Shown here one piece after another: positions 58,048 to 64,000 of a stretch of DNA of 64,000 nucleotides. Numbering within the stretch: the stretch's first letter is position 1; each line of letters starts with the position of its first letter. The notes beneath the pieces were generated by a model. The model was not told where the DNA came from. It worked only from the letters and a program-made list of their open reading frames with translations, and made no database searches. Both the position numbers and the translations under genes were made by a program. The stretch comes from a virus. Where the stretch lies: IMG/VR virus record IMGVR_UViG_3300025141_016305, positions 1 to 64,000 of that record; one strand, given 5' to 3'.

Positions 58048-59175
58048 TTATGTTGTCTTTATGCCTGCCAATCTTTGCATTCTATTGAATAAAGGGTTGG
58101 CATCCTTTTGGTTTTGCTCTTTTCGAGCTGCGACAAGTAGTGAAGACTTCCTTGAAACCATTTCACTTAATGTTGTTTCTTTCCTGTCGACTTTGGAAGA
58201 GGCAACGTTTTCGCTTAATGTCTCAAATACAATCTTTGCTTCTTGTACTGTTGCGGCTTTCGAAATGGCTTCGACAACTTTCTTTCTTTGTCGCTCATTC
58301 AGGGAGGCATTCTCTAGAGCCTGGTTAATATACAACAACTTTGCATTGGAAACATTCATGGTTTCCAATTTTTCTTGCAGAGTATCAAATGCTGTATTAT
58401 AATTTTCGTTCTGCGCCTTTAACTTAGTGGCGGCAGAAACTAGAACTTTGTTTTCTTTTTGTAAGGCTGCAACTGTTTTTCGCAGCTCTTCGTTTTCTTC
58501 TTTTACTTTAGTATCTTGTTCGCGAGCGAGGAGCATCTGCTCGTACTCTCTCATGATGGTTTCAGGAGTTCCTGCCCATCCGGATTTTTGTGGTTCAAAA
58601 TCGACCCTTACGGCTTCCATAACCTCTTCGAGATCGATTTCTTCATCAATATCCATTTCCTGGAGGACTTCTGCAACCATTGCTGGGGTGATATCTACTC
58701 CAACATCTGCAACTGGTGCGGGCTCTGCTTCGAAAGAAGGTGCGGTTTCTATATCGGCAACGTCAGCGACAAATTCATCATCGTCTATATTAATTCCAAT
58801 TTCATCCTCTTCAACCTCGCCATCGAGGGCCCTTTCGTTCTCGTCTTCTATATCCGCTTCCAGCGAATCCAGCTTAATATTAATAATTTCGTCATCGTCA
58901 TCCGTCATAAAAGCATCGGGAATGTTACTTATAATTGAATCCGCACCAAAGTCTATCTCTGAATCTTCTTGATCAATTGGCTCTTCTTCTAATTGCGTCT
59001 GGTCGTCACCGAAGAGATCATCCATTGCAACTTCTTCTTCTGCTTCGAGGAGTCTAGACATTGCTTGTTTTATTTCATCAGAGTATTTCTCAACAACGAG
59101 TTGTTCTGCATTTTTAAGTGCAGCTTCCTTTAAGGCGGTGGCGTCTATAATAGCTCTTTCAAGTAGATTTGACAT
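58048..59175 (-). CDS. Prohead core scaffold protein (gp22-like)
   Basis: Acidic middle region, coiled coil and C-terminal RMQRLAGI; immediately upstream of the MCP. Confidence 0.8.
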   Translation of the reverse strand: MSNLLERAIIDATALKEAALKNAEQLVVEKYSDEIKQAMSRLLEAEEEVAMDDLFGDDQTQLEEEPIDQEDSEIDFGADSIISNIPDAFMTDDDDEIINIKLDSLEADIEDENERALDGEVEEDEIGINIDDDEFVADVADIETAPSFEAEPAPVADVGVDITPAMVAEVLQEMDIDEEIDLEEVMEAVRVDFEPQKSGWAGTPETIMREYEQMLLAREQDTKVKEENEELRKTVAALQKENKVLVSAATKLKAQNENYNTAFDTLQEKLETMNVSNAKLLYINQALENASLNERQRKKVVEAISKAATVQEAKIVFETLSENVASSKVDRKETTLSEMVSRKSSLLVAARKEQNQKDANPLFNRMQRLAGIKTT

Positions 59176-59231
59176 GTTTTAGCTCCTAACATTAATAAAA
59201 AACGATTAAACGAAATAATCCTATCTCTAAA

Positions 59232-59239
59232 TAAATAGT
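59232..59239 (-). promoter_or_regulatory. Putative late promoter motif before scaffold/MCP (representative of about 15 copies)
   Basis: ACTATTTA; the same CTA[T/A/G]TTA core recurs in most intergenic gaps before structural genes. Confidence 0.65.
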
Positions 59240-59277
59240 TGTGTGAGTTTTAAAACGGAAGGAAAAATTTTTCGACC

Positions 59278-60471
59278 CTAAAAGGTGCTGGTAGCCGCGG
59301 CAAAAAGGTCCGTGGCCAGAAGGTCGTCTTCCCCGGTTGATTTAAAGTAGACTCTATCAACACCAGATACTTCAAAAACATGAACCATATCCACTGTTGC
59401 GTCTTCTGTTAGTAACTTTACCTGAGTTCCACCTGTATCATATAGGAGAGACCACGTGCCGGTAGCATGGCTGTACCCATAGGCAGTTATTTCGTGATCC
59501 TTATCATTTTGCTCTGCCTTCCAGCGAAGATGAAGAAACCTCTGGTTCTCTGTCACATACCCAGCAGAGGCTCCAGCTGGATCTATTTTCGGCATTGCTC
59601 CGGAGATACCGCCATGTATATAAACGCCATGATCTCCTGCTACATTTTTTGGCTGCCTAGTTCTTCCCCAGCTTGTATAGACGTGACCTTCTGGTCTGAT
59701 TCGATCCGTAGGCAAAGATGGAACTGCGATGATTGCAGCATCTGCCTGTAAAGTTCCGTGGTTGACACCTTTATAATCCTTTATTCCGGCAGTACCAGGA
59801 GCGTCTTGGTCATCTCCCAGTTTCCACCAGCTAATCAGATTGCTATAAGTTGTTGCCTTTGTCATATCCTTAACTTTGCCAGAATTATATATTTCGGCAA
59901 CCTCTGTTGCTGTCAGTTCTTTATCAAATATACACACATCTGCCATTTTATCCTCAAAATAACCATCGCCATTATCATAGCCACCAATAGTAAAAGCAGT
60001 TCCATCGTTGCGCATTTGGACATAAATTCCACCATTAGCATTGGTTTGATGAATTGCGTCGGCGGCGCCGTTAATATAAATCTTTAAGCCGTTTTCGGAC
60101 TTTGAGCCATCATAAGTGCCAACAACATGATACCATGTTGAATCCGCAATGGGAGTGCCTGCTGAGGCGGCCATCAGTCGACAGTTGCCAACGCCGACAT
60201 CATATAAATAAAAGAGAATTTTACTGTTCGACCCTCGGGCGATTATGTATTCGTGCTCAACGTTATCGACATGCGCGATGCCTGCTATATGGCTGGCGCT
60301 GGCGTCGTCACTCACATCTGCGACGAATATCCAGGCAGATATTGAAAAAGGCTTTTCAGTTGCTCCTGCTTGACCGAAACTTAATTTTGAGCGGTCAGAA
60401 CTGTTGGTTACTGTTATTTTGTCGCCGGCGCCGTCGAATTTTATTGCGTTTAAATTGACTCTTTTAGACAT
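59278..60471 (-). CDS. LamG/concanavalin-A-like domain fused to a paralog of the adjacent 136-aa protein
   Basis: FDG..D, FSISAWI, WYHVVGTYDG, KIYING and L...EV..IYN. Confidence 0.8.
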   Translation of the reverse strand: MSKRVNLNAIKFDGAGDKITVTNSSDRSKLSFGQAGATEKPFSISAWIFVADVSDDASASHIAGIAHVDNVEHEYIIARGSNSKILFYLYDVGVGNCRLMAASAGTPIADSTWYHVVGTYDGSKSENGLKIYINGAADAIHQTNANGGIYVQMRNDGTAFTIGGYDNGDGYFEDKMADVCIFDKELTATEVAEIYNSGKVKDMTKATTYSNLISWWKLGDDQDAPGTAGIKDYKGVNHGTLQADAAIIAVPSLPTDRIRPEGHVYTSWGRTRQPKNVAGDHGVYIHGGISGAMPKIDPAGASAGYVTENQRFLHLRWKAEQNDKDHEITAYGYSHATGTWSLLYDTGGTQVKLLTEDATVDMVHVFEVSGVDRVYFKSTGEDDLLATDLFAAATSTF

Positions 60472-60480
60472 TATGGACCC

Positions 60481-60891
60481 CTAGAATGTTGAGCATGCGG
60501 CAAAGAGCTTATCACTGCCGTGGGGAGTCCCACTGCTTTTAAAGTAGACTCTATCAACTCCGCTTATTTCAAAAATTTGCACTTTTGTTTGACTGGCAGT
60601 CGCTGTCATGGTGACCGCGCCGCCTAGTCCTGTGAGTTTTCCCCAAGTCCCAAAAGCATGCGAATACGCCCATACGGTAACTGTTGGAGCCACTCCGCCG
60701 GCTTCAGTGTAAGCTAAGTGGAGATATCTTTGATTTTCTGTGGCGTAGCCGTCTGTTACTGCGGAAGGGTCTGCTCCCCCAGAGGCAACCAAGGTAACAG
60801 TCGCAGAAGCCCCTTGGGCATGTGTTAGGTTCTTCGGGCCCCTTGTTCTACCCCAACTTGTGTTTTTAAAGACATTATTGTCATGTGCCAT
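60481..60891 (-). CDS. Putative head decoration protein
   Basis: Shares TSWGRTR.PKN, GY.TENQR.LHL and FE.SGVDRVYFKS with the downstream gene. Confidence 0.6.
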   Translation of the reverse strand: MAHDNNVFKNTSWGRTRGPKNLTHAQGASATVTLVASGGADPSAVTDGYATENQRYLHLAYTEAGGVAPTVTVWAYSHAFGTWGKLTGLGGAVTMTATASQTKVQIFEISGVDRVYFKSSGTPHGSDKLFAACSTF

Positions 60892-60909
60892 TGGCTTTAT
60901 TCTCCTATA

Positions 60910-61149
60910 TTACTTATATTCGTTTTTGAATTTATCTTTATATTTTTCTGTCATTTGCTGATATTTTCTTTTTCTGTTTTCTCTTTTTTCTTTCAAAGTT
61001 TGAGATTTCTTCTTAAAATATCTTCTTCTGCGGACTTCGTCAAAGAGGCCTGACTTCTTGCATTTCCTATTAAACTTTTTAATCAACCTTTGAAGTTGGC
61101 TTTGGTCTCTTATTGTGATCTCTATGTGACAAGGTTTTCCTCTGCTCAT
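60910..61149 (-). CDS. rpsU: Phage-encoded 30S ribosomal protein bS21
   Basis: I.IRD...QRLIKKFNRKCKKSGLFDEVRRRRYFKKKS pattern; 79 aa and basic. Confidence 0.8.
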   Translation of the reverse strand: MSRGKPCHIEITIRDQSQLQRLIKKFNRKCKKSGLFDEVRRRRYFKKKSQTLKEKRENRKRKYQQMTEKYKDKFKNEYK

Positions 61150-61160
61150 TATTTATTCCT

Positions 61161-61583
61161 TTACTTTAAAACATTCCACTTTTGGCCGGCGAGGCCAAAT
61201 AACCCACTTATATCAACGCCCGCATCATTAGGGTCTCGCCCTGACAGTGCGCCGGATGCTGTAGAGGCGCCTGGTGCACCACTTGATTTAAGCGGCTCTG
61301 TACCTTCGAAGACGTTTTTCATCCTGGAACTTCCCATTGCATCAAGCATTTTTCTTTTGGTCTCAAGGAGCTTCTTTCTTTTTTCTTCTTCTGCTTCCTT
61401 TTTCGCCTTTAAATTAACTTTTGGTTTAGTTTTTTGTGGTTGCTGCTTTTGCTCCACGACTAAACCTTGGGCCTTTGTTAATCCAAAAGCAACTTCTGCT
61501 ACCAAATTAGATAATATGCCTTCCTCAAAAAGGATTTCTTTTACACACTCTTTTATTATCTTTTTTAATTCTGATTTTTTCAT
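61161..61583 (-). CDS. Hypothetical head-module protein
   Basis: MKKSELKKIIKECVKEIL N-terminus; lies between the protease and bS21 genes. Confidence 0.7.
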   Translation of the reverse strand: MKKSELKKIIKECVKEILFEEGILSNLVAEVAFGLTKAQGLVVEQKQQPQKTKPKVNLKAKKEAEEEKRKKLLETKRKMLDAMGSSRMKNVFEGTEPLKSSGAPGASTASGALSGRDPNDAGVDISGLFGLAGQKWNVLK

Positions 61584-62185
61584 TATTTTTCAAACTTATA
61601 TAATATGCTGTTTAAAGCACGATTAATTTTATCCCCCTTGTTGAAAATATTTGTTGGTCCTTTGGCTTCCGTCATCATAAAGGCACCGGGGGTCGATGGA
61701 TCTGAAACCATGTCAAAACATATTAATTGAAAATCGTCCTCTACCATGGTTTGCCCGTTCCTCTCTGTAACTGAGCCCATTCCTCTAGAGGAGATGCCCA
61801 ACATTACTCCTGATTCTACAAGTGATCTAAGTATTTTTCCGGAAGGCGTTTCTAGAACTCGTATAGTTCCCATGCATTTATTGCCTTCCATCCAAATTTT
61901 CGTCACCATGTGTGAGGCATTTGCAAGATTGATAACTGAAGAGTCGGGATGGTCTAGCTCTCCTAGGGCTCGGTTTTCTTTGACCAAGCGAGCAAAATTC
62001 TTAACTTCTCGCTCTAAGATAGAGTGAGGATAAACTCTGCCATTTCCGTTTTGAGTCTCAGACATCTGCATTAATCCGGAAAGCATAATTCCGCCGTCGG
62101 AGACAAACTTCTTATCAGCCTCTGATAAAAGATCTTGGCAAACGCCACCTTCGCATAATTCGTAATATTCTCTTATAAGTTTCAT
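61583..62185 (-). CDS. Prohead core protein protease (T4 gp21-like)
   Basis: NGNGRVY, ALGELDHP, TPSG, GISSRGMGS and FD.VSDPS; start MKLIRE with a GAGGT SD. Confidence 0.93.
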   Translation of the reverse strand: MKLIREYYELCEGGVCQDLLSEADKKFVSDGGIMLSGLMQMSETQNGNGRVYPHSILEREVKNFARLVKENRALGELDHPDSSVINLANASHMVTKIWMEGNKCMGTIRVLETPSGKILRSLVESGVMLGISSRGMGSVTERNGQTMVEDDFQLICFDMVSDPSTPGAFMMTEAKGPTNIFNKGDKINRALNSILYKFEK

Positions 62186-62223
62186 TTTATACCTCACTTA
62201 TTAGCGGGGGCTACCCGCCTCAT

Positions 62224-62289
62224 CTAAGATCCCTTGCAACAGCGAGCGACCGGTCGAATCATCCATCTTATTTTTGTTAGTGGCTTCAT
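62224..62289 (-). CDS. Possible 21-aa basic Cys-Cys peptide
   Basis: MKPLTKIRWMIRPVARCCKGS; AAGGAG SD and ATGA overlap with the upstream stop. Confidence 0.4.
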   Translation of the reverse strand: MKPLTKIRWMIRPVARCCKGS

Positions 62290-62615
62290 TTTTCTCCTTT
62301 TTCTCTTGTTGTAACTCTTAAACTTCTCTCTATTTTAAGGCCTTCATCGCCAAAAACCATATTTGGTACATAGGCCGCGGCGGAGGCAGCAAACCCACAT
62401 AAGAATGCCGTAACTAAAGAATCGTCAAAAGTAAATAGTTCTGTGTGATCCTTTACGAACCACAAAAATATTCCAACCCAAAAACCCATACACATTGGAC
62501 AGCTAAGCAATTGCCCTAACTTTCCTGATTCTGGGCGGATTAGGTCTAGAATTTTTCCGTATACGAGGATTTGGGTGAGCCCATACGAAATAAGGCAAAA
62601 CCAGATAAAGCTCAT
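62286..62615 (-). CDS. DUF1360-like membrane protein
   Basis: LL.CPMCMGFW motif with TM helices. Confidence 0.65.
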   Translation of the reverse strand: MSFIWFCLISYGLTQILVYGKILDLIRPESGKLGQLLSCPMCMGFWVGIFLWFVKDHTELFTFDDSLVTAFLCGFAASAAAYVPNMVFGDEGLKIERSLRVTTREKGEK

Positions 62616-63157
62616 TAATCTTCACTTTCACCCTCTCTAACAAGAGAGTAATTATATTGAAACCCAAATGGCCTGACTCGGCTATCCATTGAACCCTTTT
62701 TATCTGATTGGGGCACATCACCTAAATCAGTTGAATCTTCGTTGTCTGGGAGTAATAAGGAGTCTAGCCTGTCTTCTTCGTAGTCCGCGGAAGACTTAAA
62801 ATATGGTTTTTCTTCTTGTATGTATTGATGAACACTATATAGGAAAGCCTGCATCTGATCGATTCCTGGAATTTTAGACTCTAGCATTTCTGCTTCTAGA
62901 GATCCGAAAACATTTCCGCCTCTTACACTATTCCTGCTTATAAGGCCCTTATTTGCCAGAAATTTAAAAATCCTATCTTGTGCAGAATACACTTTATCCG
63001 ACATATTATCTTTAGGAAAAGTTACAAATTTCTTTTTTTCGTGCATTAAAACTATATCGATATCTTCATGATCCATAATCATGATATCGCCATTTAAAGT
63101 TCTTCTAGCCTTCAGAGAGACCCTAGGGTCTAACTTTATGTCTACACTAATCGTCAT
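62615..63157 (-). CDS. Hypothetical head-module protein
   Basis: 180-aa ORF coupled to both neighbours. Confidence 0.7.
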   Translation of the reverse strand: MTISVDIKLDPRVSLKARRTLNGDIMIMDHEDIDIVLMHEKKKFVTFPKDNMSDKVYSAQDRIFKFLANKGLISRNSVRGGNVFGSLEAEMLESKIPGIDQMQAFLYSVHQYIQEEKPYFKSSADYEEDRLDSLLLPDNEDSTDLGDVPQSDKKGSMDSRVRPFGFQYNYSLVREGESED

Positions 63158-63977
63158 TTTTATTTATCTCTTCTAAGAGGTCTTGCGTTTTTAAAACAAC
63201 TTCTATGGTTTCTGTGTCTATCTCTTTGTTTTTTGATAAATCTAGAATATTATAAACTTTTTCTACCTTTTCTTTAAGGGAATTATCATTTTTTATAAGC
63301 TCTTCTCTTTTCACAACTTGAAGCTTGTCCTTCAGTTTTCCTATTTCTTCGTTCAAATACATTTTTAGGCCTAGGCCGTTGTCAGCAAAAGAAGAAACAT
63401 AGTGACCAAGAAGGTCCCTTTGACCTTCGTTTAGAGCATCGGCATATTCTTCGTTAAATTTGCTAACAAAAGTATTATATACAAGAGAGTCAATTGGCTG
63501 TTGCCCTTCTTGCTTTGTTTCGACAGAGGCAGACATTTGATCAACTATATTCTCCTCTAACAAAACTCGATCCTTTACAGGCAACGCATCTTGAAATATA
63601 GAATAAACAGAAGCTATACTTTTAAAATTAGGAACAAAGTTAGTGAAAACCTTATTAGATAGCATTTTATTGATCTTATTTATCAAAGCTGATTGTTCTT
63701 GAAAAATCTGCTTCTTGTTAAGTGAATTATATCTATTTTTAGCTTCTACTACAATTTTCTCCGCGGTGTTCTTTTCAATATGTCTAGTTTCGTATATTGA
63801 TCGATATAGGTCCAGCTCCTCTTTTAATATGGAAGCTCTTCCAAAATGGTCTTTTATAATTGAAACAATTTTGTTTTGTTTGTTTTTATTGTTTTTGACA
63901 ACAGACTCTGTTAGCTCTCTGACTAATGCCTCATAAACAAAAGCAGTGTTACGTTTCTTATTATGTTTCAGTCTCAT
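63147..63977 (-). CDS. Hypothetical head-module protein
   Basis: 276-aa helical ORF starting KHNKKRNT, upstream of the protease. Confidence 0.7.
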   Translation of the reverse strand: MRLKHNKKRNTAFVYEALVRELTESVVKNNKNKQNKIVSIIKDHFGRASILKEELDLYRSIYETRHIEKNTAEKIVVEAKNRYNSLNKKQIFQEQSALINKINKMLSNKVFTNFVPNFKSIASVYSIFQDALPVKDRVLLEENIVDQMSASVETKQEGQQPIDSLVYNTFVSKFNEEYADALNEGQRDLLGHYVSSFADNGLGLKMYLNEEIGKLKDKLQVVKREELIKNDNSLKEKVEKVYNILDLSKNKEIDTETIEVVLKTQDLLEEINKNDD

Positions 63978-64000
63978 CTTTTTCGTCCCTCGCTTTTAAA

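Noticed and set aside
59-63936. All plus-strand ORFs in the track
   Set aside because: They are antisense shadows of well-supported minus-strand genes and have no recognisable motifs
1-64000. Stop-codon reassignment, as seen in some jumbo phages
   Set aside because: Long genes are intact in code 11, and TAA, TAG and TGA all end genes at sensible positions
1-64000. tRNA genes, CRISPR arrays, introns/inteins, integrase or transposase
   Set aside because: None recognised. Intergenic gaps are short, and DnaE, NrdJ, helicase and RecA have normal lengths. tRNAscan and Infernal were not run
63961-64000. C-terminal end of an upstream gene, possibly the portal
   Set aside because: Only about 12 codons are visible, too few to assign

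Overview
This is a 64 kb segment of a large (probably jumbo) T4-like myophage genome. Every credible gene is on the minus strand, the standard genetic code is used, and most genes have clear GGAG-type Shine-Dalgarno sites. In transcription order (right to left) it contains four modules. (1) Head: gp21-like prohead protease, phage ribosomal protein bS21, a duplicated domain with and without a LamG lectin, scaffold and gp23-like major capsid. (2) Neck, tail and baseplate: gp13/14/15-like proteins, fibre, sheath, tube, an inserted methyltransferase, a chaperone pair with a likely +1 frameshift, tape measure and baseplate genes. (3) Replication and nucleotide metabolism: an exonuclease-less PolA domain, a divergent tubulin/FtsZ, a type II R-M-like pair, gp32-like SSB, DUF262, RecA, 5'-3' exonuclease, DnaB, class II RNR, GroES, ThyX, DnaE, dUTPase and IMPDH/GMPR. 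(4) Accessory region: ClpP, GroEL, glutaredoxin, a PcfJ-domain protein, a stand-alone LeuA-type regulatory domain, Smr, an M15 endolysin and UvsE. Two promoter classes can be read from the sequence: sigma70-type TTGACA-N17 promoters and a recurrent CTA[T/A/G]TTA motif before structural genes. The second motif also marks several large genes outside the structural block that carry N-terminal L-x-E motifs. These are candidate packaged and injected effectors, one with a PD-(D/E)XK-like nuclease motif. Two myxobacterial-style lipoproteins hint at a Myxococcota-like host. All annotations come from recognising motifs by eye; no searches were run.
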